The notes under the pieces are model-generated. The model did no database searches. It was not told the origin of the DNA and was given only the letters and a program-made list of their open reading frames with translations. This document shows positions 11,293 through 23,983 of a DNA stretch of 64,000 nt, piece by piece. Made by a program: the position numbers and the translations under genes. The number at the start of each line of letters is the position of its first letter. Position 1 is the stretch's first letter. Origin of the DNA: Octopus sinensis (lineage: Eukaryota); the NCBI RefSeq assembly GCF_006345805.1, contig NC_042997.1, positions 61,752,001-61,816,000 of the forward strand. Reading direction: 5' to 3'.

Positions 11293-13905
11293 TTTTCATA
11301 TACACTCAACAGATTAGACTTTTTACCCTCACTTTCCATAGTCTCTGTAATTCGATGGCTAGGTCTCATATTACTTCTCATATTAATGTTTTCATAATTT
11401 GTGACTGTAAAGTCAATTATCTGGCACTTTCTATCTTCTTTACTACCACCAAATCAGGCCTTCAAGCTTCTTTTATTCAGTCTGAATGTTGAAGTTTCAC
11501 ATCTTATATTTCTTACTTTCTAGTACTTTACTGGGTTCATGTTCATACCATTTATGAGTATGTTCAAATCCTAGCTTTCTACATAGCTCCCAGTGGATTA
11601 CTCACTCTAGATTGTCCATGTTTTTTCTTGTATTCCTTCTGTTACTATGTGAGTATCACTTTCCTCTTTTGAGTTGCATAATCTACATTGAGAATCTACT
11701 TGGATTTTGTCTATCTTGGTTTTTATCCAATAAGTCCTTAATGCTTCATCTTGTTCAGCTACTAACAAATTTTCTGTCTACGTGTTCAGCTTTCCTTTCT
11801 ACAACCATGACCATATATCACTACTATTTGCTGCAACTATCTCTGGGAATCTACCATGCAACACCTTCTCCAGCCAGTCAGATAATTTCTGTTCTTTTTC
11901 TGTTTTTTAACTTCATTTTGGTTTTTGGTTTCCCTATGTCTTGTTATAACTCTAGCAGTTTTTACTATTACCTACATAGGAATCTATATCTACTTTAGCT
12001 AACTTCACGCAGTCTTATACTGATATTAACTCTCTTCCACCTTCCTTTCTAGGTAGGTATAACCTTGCTACTCATGTTGAATTCCTTCCTAGTACTCTTG
12101 TCTAGCTTTGCTATTTCAGTTTTTATCCAATCTACAAAAGCTGCTGAGTACCTAAGTAATAAGACTGCCAAAGTAGTTACAGCATTCACTAGATACGGAC
12201 CATTTAGCTTTGACTTCATTAGCTCCTCACCCTTCAGATGTACTTCTCAATTTTCGTTTTCATTTCTGCAGTTAGTACCCTGTCAGATTCTAATACTCAT
12301 AGATACATAAAAGTCTCTCCTCATTTCAATGACTTTAATGTCTAGCCATCTGGTAATTGGATGCCTTCGCTGTTGACTACCTATTTCTTTACTACCAACA
12401 AGGGGCTAAACACAGAGAGGACAAACAAGGACAGACAAACGGATTAAGTCGATTATATCGACCCCAATGCGTAACTGATACTTATTTAATCGACCCCGAA
12501 AGGATGAAAGACAAAGTCGACCTCGGCGGAATTTGAACTCAGAACGTAGCGGCTAACGTTTCTGCCAGCTCGACGCCTTATGACTACATGTCCCCTTCTC
12601 CTGATTAATATTGCACACTTATCTATGCCAAATTCCATGCCTATATCTTGCTGAAGAGTCTTAAAGTCTGTATTAAGGAATCTTTATCTTTTTCGTTCTT
12701 ACTAAAAAGCTTCAGATCATCCAAGTAGAGCAAATGGTTAATTTTTCCCTTACTATTTCTGAACTCATACCCTGCCTCTGCCTTCCTTAATACTAAACTG
12801 CGGAAGGGGGTCAAACATAAGACAAATATTAAAGGGAACAACAAGACCCCGGGAAAATCCCTCTTTTGATATTAACTTTCCCTAACAGTGTGTCGCCTGA
12901 GTAGAGATCTACTTTCCATTTCTTCATGCTACAGCTAATCAATTCTCTTATGTTGTTTGCTATACTGAATATACTTAATCATTCACTTATCCATGAGTGT
13001 GGAGTCAAGTTGTAGGCTTTCCTATAATCTATTCATGCTACTGTTAGATTTTTCTTTCTAGCTTTTACTTCATTTAGAACTGCTTTGAGTATGTATAATA
13101 GATAATACGTTCTTCTAGCCTTCTTCCTCCAACCTTTCTGTTCTTCTTGCAACAAATTCTGGTTGTCAAGGTGCCCGTAAATGCTTTCTGAAGGCATTCC
13201 TGTTAACAGCTTCCACACTAAGCAAGTGATTGGTCTAGCTGTATTACCCTTGCTCTTGTCCTTCATGAGTATTGTCCTTCCTGTAGTCATCCAATCTGGT
13301 ATTATTTCTCCATTTAGGCAATCTTGAAGTTGTTCCCTCAGCCTCCCATGCAAACTACTGAATTTCTTTAATCCACTTTAGCTATTATCCTTCAACTAAA
13401 TTTTGTCCTGGACCCTTCCAATTCGGCATTTTTCCTAACCCTTTATGCATTAATGCACTAGTTAATCTTAGATCTAGCTGCATCTCACTCACAACTTCGT
13501 CCCTCGCTTTCTTTGACCATACTGCATCTTCATTATGATTGACTGGCTTATCCCAAATATTACTCCAGTACTTTCTAGCTTCTTCTGCATTAGGTTTCTC
13601 ATCTTCAGTACTCCGTTCTCCGCTATTTATTTGGTTAAAAAATCTCCTCTGATCTGTCTCAAATAATTTATTCTGTTGATACTGATCTATTCTTTTCTGA
13701 TATCTACAAAGCTTGCCTGCTACTGTTATGCTACGCTGCTTCAACTCTTCTATTACTATCTCAAATCCTTTCTCTTTGACTAAGTATCTTATCTCGAGAG
13801 AAGATTTGCATCTTGTATTTCCTAACTTGTTCAGTTTGCAGGCTTCTATTCTACTCAGAACTTGACTTAAAGTCTTCACTTTATTTTGTAGTCTCCTTTT
13901 CCAGA
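11293..13905 (-). pseudogene. Dong/R4-type LINE (RT through RLE), disrupted and interrupted by a SINE
   Basis: QQNKLFETDQRRFF..KMPNWKGPG; ITCLVWKLLTG..EEQKGWRK; INHLLYLDDLKLFSK; KSKLNG..LYLPRKEGGR; LAIELQRLWKV; (TAA/TGA)n tail at about 11262-11292. Confidence 0.9.
12381..12579 (-). mobile_element. SINE family B inserted in the Dong LINE with a 7-bp target-site duplication
   Basis: tgactac at 12374-12380 and 12581-12587. Confidence 0.85.
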
Positions 13906-13914
13906 AGACTACGT

Positions 13915-16250
13915 TGTGGTCCTAGACGTGACCACATCTAAATTGGTGGTCCTAGATGTGAACAGTAGCGACGGATATGCCTTCAGGCTGGTGGCTGTTT
14001 ATGTTCTGACGGGAGCAATGCAGCCAGATTTCTTCAGACGTCAGGAGGCCTCCCTGGGAACGTCTCTACCTTTAGCAGAAATGGGTGATTTGAACGCCAT
14101 CTTGGACGCACGTTTGGATTGTGTGGGGCTATTTGTTAAAGAGGTGGGTGCAAAAGCCTCTCAAACCTGCTCATATTCTAGATCATATCTAGAAATAATA
14201 TTCTGTAAACCAATAGATGACGATAGTATAAGTTCTCTACTTTTTAAATCGTCGGTTACACAGACCACAACTTGGTGATCTTCACAGTCGACTCAAATAA
14301 ACTGTGTAGGCAGGGACTCGCTTACTGGAAGCTGAACGCGAGCCTCCCGGCGTGCCACGCTTACAGAGCCAAGGTTAGCAAATTAGTCAAGCGGGAGTTG
14401 ACGGGGTCAATCGTCAACAACAAATGGTGGTTTGCTGTGAAAAGGGCAATTAGAATAGAATCGATTTGCTTTATTAAGGAATTAGCGATAGAAAGGAATA
14501 CAATATAGGGCAACTTAAAATCTTATAAAAGACGCTTAGGAAAGGCATTGCAACCGTCGTGCTGGCCACGAGATTGGCCCAGGACCAATTCTTCAACGCT
14601 AAGTACGAAGGCTGCATTGTCAGAGCTAAGCGCGTGCTCTAAGAAACGGGGGGAACGAAAGCTGCTTGATGGCCCCGAGTGGCAGAGGCGTGATAACAAA
14701 GCCACAATTATGTCTTTAGTGGACCAAAATGAACACACGGTACACGAGCTCGAGCAGATGTGCAGCATTTCAACAAAAACAATTCGCCCAACTATTTGGT
14801 AGTCCGGAACGCAGGATGGGCTTCAGTGCCTACCTTGATGGCATGCCCCGACTCTCGACCAGCGGGGAGCGTAGCAAAATGCCGATAACAGCTATGGAAA
14901 TACGGGATGCGATGATGGGCTACATGGGGAGGGGAAAATCGACTGGTTTTGATGGTCTGTCCTACGAGCTTTAATTTTTATACCAGACTTGTTTGTTGGC
15001 TTTTTAACAGACATCTACCACAACTGGTAGCAGAACGGGAGAATTCTTAGTTCTGTGAGTTGAGGAAAGGACCCAAACAAGGGGGATCAAATAGAAAATT
15101 TTAGGCCCATAACGCTGCTGAATGCAAATTTCAAAATTTTAGCCATGGTGTTAGCAAAAAGATTGGCACATGTCGAGGAATTGATGATAATGCGCAAATA
15201 TGCTCTACCACAAACAGATTCATCCACGACAAGCTCCACTTCATGCGATACATCATAAATAGGGTGGGTAAAGAGGATGACATTGATGGGGTCCTAATCA
15301 TTTTGGATCAATCTAAAGCTTTCGATGGGTCGACCACCAAGACTTGGTGGTTACTCACGCGGCTGCCAGTTTCAGGCCCGTTTTCCGTGACAGGATCGCT
15401 GCAATGTACAGCGATATCTGCTCGGAAGTTCGGGTAAATGGTTACCTATCGGAACCATTCAGCATCATCCGTTCAGGCCATCAAGAGTGTTCGCTCTTGA
15501 CTCTTCTGTATGTACTGGCTGTAGAGCCACTACTGCGGAAATTGGAGGCGTTGAGAGGCATCCCACGCAAAATAGGACGTGGGAGAACCGTATCGACATA
15601 CGCAGATGACATCACAGTCATAGTGTCGAACACTAGGTACAAAACCTGGTCTGTACTGCTCGAAAAGAATACGAGGCAGATGCAATGACAGGTGCAAAAA
15701 TTAACCATGAAAGCCAATGGCCCGCAGCTTGGCACCTAGAGAGGCAGGTCTATGCCGTCCAATAACGTCATTGGACGCTGGACAGAGTGACCAGTTAAAT
15801 TGCTAGGGATCTGGTTTGGTCCGGATTTTCAGCAGAAAAAGAACTGGGACGATGTGACGAGCAGTGTTGCCAATCATCCAGAAATGGGCCGGGAGAAAGC
15901 TATCCCTGAAAGTTCGGACAGAGGTGGATGCTTACATCGCCTCCATTATATATTACCGCCTGACTGTCGTGCCTTGTCCCAGTTTACATCTGACCAAACT
16001 GGAGTGCATACTCTTCCGCTTTCTGTGAAAGTGTCGCGTTCCACTGGTCAGGCCCTCCATTTGCTGTCAACACCCGCTGAATGGAGGGCTGGGCATGCCG
16101 TGGCTGTTGATGCGCAGACATGCACTGAGGCGGCGACATCTTCACTGCTTCCTTGACGGTGAACAGGTGCTGTCGTCTTTTATCAGACAGGATTTTCCAC
16201 AACTCTCTTTGACTGAGCTGCAGTTCTGGATCAAGCGTAGGCCGATATGA
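13915..16250 (+). pseudogene. Tx1/L1-clade LINE (APE endonuclease C-terminal part plus RT), disrupted
   Basis: FRLVAVY..MGDLNAILD; YWKLNASL; GFDGLSYEL; ENFRPITLLN; LDQSKAFD; YADDITVIV; LGIWFGPD. Confidence 0.9.
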
Positions 16251-16378
16251 AGAGAACATAGAGTGTATGTTATGTCAATTATCTCAACCAAACATGAATG
16301 AAGTAAACGATTTACTTTTTCACTTTATACTAGAAAAGGAAAATGAATGTTTGGCATTCATATTTCTTGTTTACGAGT

Positions 16379-17457
16379 GTATAGATTTGTTTATCTCCAC
16401 AAAACATACGACCAATACCCTTTAAAGCATTTAGAATCAACAATTAAGTTTACTATTTGTTTTCAAGTAGTACAGTCACTACTTGTAAATATTGTCAGCA
16501 AACTTGAGTCAACAAAAGGACTACCCGTTTATATCGTCATAGCATCGTGATTTTTAAGTGCCTGACAGCAACTCTTGATATCACAAGGAACCTATCCTCT
16601 ATCTATACAAGTTACATAGTTGAAGTTATTATGCCACGCTTAAACTTTGTTTCCAGGAAAGGAAAGTCACATCCAATTTAGATAAGTAGATCTGGTATCA
16701 ATTCATTCATTGTTTATATACAACGGTCTTTGTTATTATTGCACACTTTCATAAGTCCTTCCCTTCCAGTGCACGAAATTTTTTCCCATGTGTGTTTCGG
16801 ACCCCAGTAATGAACTCATTTGCAGACAGCCAATCAGAGCAGAGCCACTTTTATCCTTTCTTCCTTTCTAGTCAGCATCGTGCATTCCTTACTCATTCTC
16901 TCTCTACTGGCAGACAGCAACCTGTTTGTCACTATCGAAAACAAATTTCGCTATCACTACAAGTACTACTGTTTCTCACTACCTGTCAGGCAAACGAATA
17001 AAATATATGTAAACAATATTTCTTCCTTCTTGGTGTTGATCCTTCGATGTTCACTGGTTACTCCGACGTTGCCACAATAATACACTTGCCCAAACGATGC
17101 TGACAAGAAAGGAAGAAAGGATAAAGGTGACTCTGCTCTGATTTGCTGTCTGCAAATGAGTTCATTACTGGGGTTCGGAACTCTCGCTGAAAAAAGTTCG
17201 CTTCCAGCTCGTAACTTTGACATAACTTCCCTTTTGGATAATGTTTAGACCGAAGATTAGCTCCTCGTGGTATCAACAGAGCTGTTATACACTTCACTCT
17301 CTAATCCACGTGCAATATTTACAAGTAGAGAGCACATTAATTGATAAACAAACAATAAACTCATCTATGGAAAATACAATTGAAGATTTGTGCTGATTCT
17401 AAGTGCTTTAAAGGGTACGCGACGTGTATTTTGTGGAGGTGGACAAATTTACTATAC
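16379..17457. mobile_element. ~1.1-kb nested foldback element
   Basis: Outer arms 16379-16500/17300-17457 are imperfect. Inner 87-bp arms 16795-16881/17094-17180 show 6 mismatches by manual count. Confidence 0.8.
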
Positions 17458-17494
17458 AACGTTCAACCGAATGGGTAGTTATGTGCGGTAGAAC

Positions 17495-17676
17495 AGTAAC
17501 TGTCATATTTTTGAAAGGTATGGGCGATGATGGTTGGTACCTTGGGTACCAACTAAAGGGAAAATCCTAAACAATCAACCACCTCCTCTTCATGGATGAT
17601 TTGAAACTGTAAGGCAGAAATGAGACACAAGTGAGTTCCTTTCTGAACACGGTCCCCTGTTTTAGTACTGATATTA
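17495..17676 (+). pseudogene. Dong/R4 RT fragment (same family as 18202-20293)
   Basis: GYQLKGKS..INHLLFMDDLKL; nearly identical to 18663-18801. Confidence 0.85.
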
Positions 17677-18063
17677 GGTATGAACGACGATGACTTGGGG
17701 ATTAAGGTGTATGTCAAAAATTAGGCACAAAAGTAACCGTGTGCTAAGTACCAACCACATAATTCCGGGTTCATTCCCACAGCGTGGTACCTTGGGCAAG
17801 TGTCTTCTAATATAACCTCGGGCCGACCAAAGCCTTGAGAATGGATTTGGGAGACTGAAACAGAAAGACGCCCGTCGTATATATATATAAATATATGTGT
17901 GTGTGTCTGTGTGCTTGTACCCCAACATAGCTTGACAACTGATGCCGGTGTGTTTACGTTCCCGTAACTTAGCGATCGGCAAAAGAGACCGATACAATAA
18001 GTACAAAGCTTACAAAGACTAAGTCCCGGAGTCGATTTGCTCGACTAAAGGAAGAAATGCTGT

Positions 18064-18064
<1 letters not shown>

Positions 18065-18094
<30 letters not shown>

Positions 18095-18201
18095 AAGAAG
18101 AAGAAGAAGAAGAAGAAGAAGAAGAAGAAGAAGAAGAAGAAGAAGAAGAAGAAGAAGAAGAAGAAGAAGAAGAAGAAGAAGAAGAAGAAGAAGAAGAAGA
18201 A
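18065..18201. repeat. (AAG)n microsatellite
   Basis: Direct reading; source of the poly-Arg and poly-Leu ORFs. Confidence 0.95.
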
Positions 18202-20293
18202 ATCCTGGGCTAGTTAACAAAAGAACGAACGGTGTTGTGTCTGAAGGATGCAGCGAAGGGAAATGCTGCTGACAATTAGACCAATTTCCTGTCCCCCATT
18301 AATGTGAAAGTTAAACGATATATTACCGCCGGAACAAAAAGGCTGTAGAAGGAGATATAAAGGTATCAAAGATCAACAATCAATAGACAAAGTGGTAATA
18401 CAAGATTGTAAACGGAGAACAAATCTGGGAATGGCGTGGATTGACTATCGCAAAGCTTATGGTATGATTCCACATTTGTGGATCATCGAGTGCTTAGATA
18501 CGATTGGAATTGCGAGAAATGTAACGTGCTTCCTGAAGAGAAGAATGGTGGGATGGGAAACTGAACTGACATCTTACAGAAAGAGCTTGGGGACCCTGGG
18601 TATCAGAAGAGGGATTTTCTAGGGTGATAGCCTATCTTCGTTGCTTTTTGTTCTCTGCATGATACCTTGGGTACCAACTAAAGGGAAAATCCCAAACAAT
18701 CAACCACCTCCTCTTCATGGATGATTTGAAACTGTATGACAAAGATGAGCCACAAGTGAGTTCCTTTGTGAACACGGTCCACTGTTTTAGTACTGATATT
18801 ACAATGGAATTTGGACTCAAAAAGTGCGGAATAGTCTACCTAAAGTGAGGCAAGGTACAGTTCCTAGCAGGGATAGAATTACCGAAAAGAGACTTGACTA
18901 AGCAAATTGAAACGGAATGATACAGATATTTTGGTGTACTTAGAGTTCAACGAGGCAATGGAAAAGGAAATGAAAGAGCAACTGTGGATGGAATGTTTCC
19001 GAAGACTGAGGTTAGTGTTGCGCTCAAAATTGACTGGATGGAATAAAATCCAAGCACTTAATATGTGGGTGATAGCATCACTTCGATATGGAGCAGGGAT
19101 TATTAAATGGTAAAAGAGAGAAATGAAGAAAATGGATACCAAGACCAGAAAAATGTTAACAGTACACGGAACTTTCCACCCTAAGAGTGATACAGATAAG
19201 CTGTACTTTTCCAGAAGAAAGGGTGGAAAAGGTTTGATCAGTTGCCAGGACTGTATCGAAGTAGAGGAAAACAGCTTAGGGTGGTATATAAAATATGCCG
19301 CGGAGCCACTGTTGGAACACACGAAAAAGGCCGACGTCATCAAAACTGAAAATTGCGTAACTAAAGAAAAATTTAAACAAGAAATGAACAAAAAAAAAGC
19401 ATGGAAGGAAAAGAAAGTGTACGGTCAGTTTGTAAAAGATGTGAACGCCAAGACAGATACAGAGGACCGGTGGCTATGGATGAGGAAGAGTGACCTGAAG
19501 ATAGAGACAGAAGCACTCATATACGCAGCTCAGGAACAAGCATAAGGGACCAACTATATGAAGTGCAGAATAGACAACACTACCGACAGCGACAAATGTA
19601 GAATGTGTGGTGAGAGCAGTGAAACGGCGTGGAACATCGTTAGCAAACGCCCGGAATTGGCACAACGCAGATACAAAAGACGCCATGACAATGTAGCAAG
19701 AATGATCAATTGGGAGCTCTGGGGAAATCACGGCCTACAAAGAGCAAAGACGAGGTATGAGAAAACTCCAGAAGAAGTCACCAAAAATGAGAACTGCAAA
19801 ATCCCGTGGGATGCAATGATCCAGTGCGATCACCTGTCCAGATATCGGAAACCGGACATTGTTGTGGTGAATAAAAAAGAAAGTCAATGTATGATAATCG
19901 ACATAGGATGCCCTGGTGAAAACAGGATCAATGTGAAAGAAGAAAAAAAAAACAACTATGACGATTTGAAGTGGTAAATACGAAGGATGTAGTCAATGAA
20001 GAGAGTAGACGTGATACCAATAGTAACTGGTGCACTTGGAAATACCAGCATGGAAGTATCAGCACTCAACTACCAGCTTGGACGTATCAGCATTCACCTA
20101 CCAACATGGCTGAAAAAGTTTTGTGCAAGTGTGAAAATAGAACATTTACAAAAATCAACATTGCTTGGAACTGCAAGAATTCTTCGCAGGATTCTTGAAG
20201 CATGACCAGTAAACAAGTGTCACCTTAGTCTGCTGGCTGTGGGCAGCTGACACTTTCTATCATTCCCAGCAAAATAAGCTGTGAGTTTTCATA
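18202..20293 (+). pseudogene. 5'-truncated Dong/R4 LINE: RT, CCHC knuckle, RLE, 3'UTR, (TAA)n tail
   Basis: [10 protein letters not shown]; RRGIF..GDSLS; FMDDLK; CRMCGESSETAWNIVS..RRHDNVA; KPDIVVVNKK..IIDIGCP; LQKSTLLGTARILRRILEA* (stop ends 20205). Confidence 0.92.
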
Positions 20294-20313
20294 TAATAAT
20301 AATAATAATAATG

Positions 20314-20376
<63 letters not shown>

Positions 20377-20380
<4 letters not shown>

Positions 20381-20727
20381 CAGTGGTGGTCGAAGCGTTG
20401 TGCTCAATCTCATTGAAACTTCAAAACTTCTTAAGGCAAGAGGAAATCCTATGCAAGATTGATGTCTTGCAAAAAGCAGCCTTATATTGCACGGCGCACA
20501 TCTTAAGGAAAATATTATCTGTCTGAGGTCCTTGTGACTTGACAGATGACTAAAGACTCCGGTTCATTTTTACTTACACTGTGTTACGAAGTATGTTATA
20601 TATACTTACAAGTATATATATCATACAGAAAATAGCACTACTAGGCACCACTCACATAGCCAAGGCACACAGAGCTGTGCTCAGTTGTGCAGAGAAAGCA
20701 CGTCATAAAAATAAGACTACTGAATTA
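20377..20727 (+). mobile_element. Second Dong/R4 family, 3' end
   Basis: IPVVVEAL..LQKAALYCTAHILRKILSV*, with (TAA)n on both sides. Confidence 0.85.
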
Positions 20728-20834
20728 TAATAATAATAATAATAAGAAGAAGAGAAGAAGAAGAAGAAGAAGAAGAAGAAGAAGAAGAAGAATGAATGAA
20801 TGAATGAATAATAATAATAATAACAATAATAATG

Positions 20835-20883
<49 letters not shown>

Positions 20884-20909
20884 CAACAATAATAATAATA
20901 ATAATAATG

Positions 20910-20982
<73 letters not shown>

Positions 20983-20984
<2 letters not shown>

Positions 20985-21521
20985 GACCGAACCATCAAGG
21001 CCAATAAACCAAATATTGTTGTGAAAGACCAAAACAATAAAGTTTGCTTATTGATCGACATGAGCATCCCCTGTGATCATAATATCTCAGCGAAAGAGTT
21101 TGACAAGCTCAGAAAATATAAAGACCTACTCATTGAAATTGAGAAAATGTGGCATCTCAAGGCGGTTACAATACCAGTGATCGTAGGAGCACTAGGAATG
21201 ATCAAGAAGGGAACCGAAAATTATATGAGAATGATCCCTGGCTTACCATCCCTGCAAGAAGTGCAAAAGATTGTCTTAACTGGTACATCACACGTATTGA
21301 GAAGAGCATTGTCGATGTGAGAACTGTTGCTGCTCATGTATTTTAATTTAACTTTAAAAAAAAAAAAAAAAAAAAAAAATGAACGAACTACTGAGTTTGG
21401 TTTAATGGCCTACCAATATACACTATGAGTTTCTTTGCCCTAGGAGTCGGGAAGACACTCGGCAAGAAATGGAAGAAAATTTGAAAGAAGAAAAAAAAAA
21501 GTAATAATAATAATAATAATA
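20983..21521 (+). mobile_element. Third Dong/R4 family, 3' end (uninterrupted RLE reading frame)
   Basis: NKPNIVVKD..LIDMSIP..KLRKYKDL..IVGALG..QKIVLTGTSHVLRRALSM*, then a UTR and (TAA)n. Confidence 0.9.
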
Positions 21522-23983
21522 AAGGCACAAGGCCTGAAATTTGGGGGCATGCGACTAGTCGATAACATTGATCCCAGTGTTCCACTGGTACTTAATTTAA
21601 CCACCTCGACGGGATTTTGAACTCAGAACGTAAAGATGAACGAAATACCGCGAAGCGCTTTGCCCGGCGTACTCACGATTCTGCTAGCTCGCCGCCTTAA
21701 ACACTTTGTAAATAATAGTTTCAAATTTTGACACAAGGCCAGCAATTTAGCAGGACGGAGTAAATCGATTATATCGACCCCAGTGTTAAACTGGTACTTA
21801 TTTATCGACCCAGAAAGAATGAAAACTCAGAAGTCGTAAGAAATGCCGCTAAGCATTTTCTCCAGTTTTTCTCAGCGCAGTAACGATTCTGTCTGCTCGC
21901 CGCCGAATCCATTCCAATCACTGGGAGAGGCTAGTGTTCAGATGACATTCCCGTACAAAACACTTAACATTCTTTTAAACAAGTATTTCTTTCAAAATCG
22001 GTTTCCAAAACAAACAGACAGATTAAAAAAAAACACATTGAAGGCGACCAACAAGACAATTTTCTCCTCGAAACAATCAACTTTCCTTTTTAAAACTTTT
22101 TGGCGGAAGAAAGAGGCAGTACCACAGGATGTCCGAGATTGGCAGGAAGGCAAGAGGAAGTCATTTGCAGATCGAGAACCAAGCTTAAATGCTTGCATCA
22201 GAGTGGACTCCGTTAATTGCCTTCAAAGATCAGATGGTAGTGTTTGACCGAGATATGAATTAAGTCTACTACCCAAGTAGGAGAAAGCGGGATTTGAACA
22301 CAGGACTCGAAAAATCAGAACAAATACTGCCATAAGGCATCTCGTCAAGCAATGTCGTAATGACTCCTCTGCCTTAGACTGGTACTTTATTTATCGATCC
22401 TGGAATGATGACAGGAAAATTTACTCGAATTCAAAACGCAAGAAGCTTAAACACCGTAAGTCATTTCGTCCGATGCCCTAACTTGTCGGCCATTTCTTAT
22501 TAAATGAATTATTAACGAGTTTGTTTGTTTGTTTGTTTTTGCAACCTAAAATTCACGACTCTCTAAAATAGCTAATTAATTTTAATTAGTTAAAACATGC
22601 AATAGCGGCTAAACTCTACCGTTTACTCCATATTAAAATTTATTATAGTATAACGCATCCATTACCCTCTCACGCAAACCGCCAAACTTTCTTGAAAGAC
22701 TCCCCCTAACGGCGCTTTCACTTTTTGGCACGGGGTCAGCAATTTTAAGGGAGGGGTGAGTCTGTTACATCGATACCAGTATTCCTCTGGTACTTATTTT
22801 ATCAAGCCTGAAGTGATGAAAGGCAAAGTCAACCTCAGTGTAATTTGAATTCAGAACGTGAAGACGGAAGAAATGCCGCTAAGCATTTTTCCCGTTACAG
22901 TAACGATTCTGCCAGCCTACCACCTTAGAACTCACCCTAATATCACCAACCTACATGTTCTAATTACAAAGCCATAATATCGATTGGCGGTTTTAACAAG
23001 TGATCTATACACACTACTGAGACTAGCGTCGACATCTTTTATCCTTTATCTTCTACTTGTTTCAGTCACTGGACAACGGTCAGGCTGGTGCACTGCCCCG
23101 ATGGGCTTTTAGACGAAGAAATTCACCCAGTACTTATTTTTTAAAGTCTACTACTTAGTCTATCCTTCTCTTCCGCCGAACTGCTAAGTTAATTGGATGA
23201 AGACAAACGAACACTGGTTATCAAGCGGTGGAGGGACAAACACAAGCATAAAGACACACACAGACAGAGAGAAAAATACATCTGTATGTATGTGTAGACA
23301 GACTGACAGATAGACAGGTAGATAGACTACAGGCTTTCACACAGCATTGATAAGCTCGGAGGTTTATTAGGAAACACTCAAAGTGTTGCGCCAAGGGAAT
23401 GAACCTGAAACCACGTGGTTGCAAAACAAGCTTATTAATCATACAACCATTAGAGATTTTAAATTAATTCTCTAATACGAACTTAGAAACGAAAATACTA
23501 AAAGCTTCCTAAACATAACTAGAAAGTCCCTTGCAAAATATCTATCCGGCCACCAAGTGTATGTAAAGTGTAAAAACAACACATTAGCACATCTAGGATC
23601 TGTACGAAGACGGCAACACTGGTATTTCTTCCCACTATTTCTTGGACAAAAATCCCTACAATAACTCAAACCTACATCAACCGTGTGGAAACCAGGCTTC
23701 AAAAGCTAAAATAGGCTAAAAGTAGCACCAACTAAATCCGTTATCTTCCATTTTTTTATTAGTAGTATCAAAGAATATCTCATACAACCAATATTCTCAT
23801 TGCACAATATAGACGTTAACATTCACACAAAGTACAAAGGTAGAGGAATTACATGAAATATTTCTTTGCCCACTTTCAAGAAAAAGTAAAGAAATCGGAG
23901 CGATACACAAGCAGACCAAAAGCATTGGCTTGACATAAGGGGACCAACACAAAACAGCAATAATACTTGTGTGTACATATATA

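Noticed and set aside
20832-21320. 162-aa poly-Ile plus nuclease ORF as a real fusion protein
   Set aside because: The N-terminus is (ATA)n in frame by chance with a truncated Dong RLE.
23472-23702. Cys-rich ORF (KPGF..YCRDFC..YQCC..C) vaguely WAP-like, and a possible 30-nt AG/GT microexon near 23676-23705
   Set aside because: Non-ATG start, Cys spacing does not fit WAP, no signal peptide and no supporting neighbouring exons.
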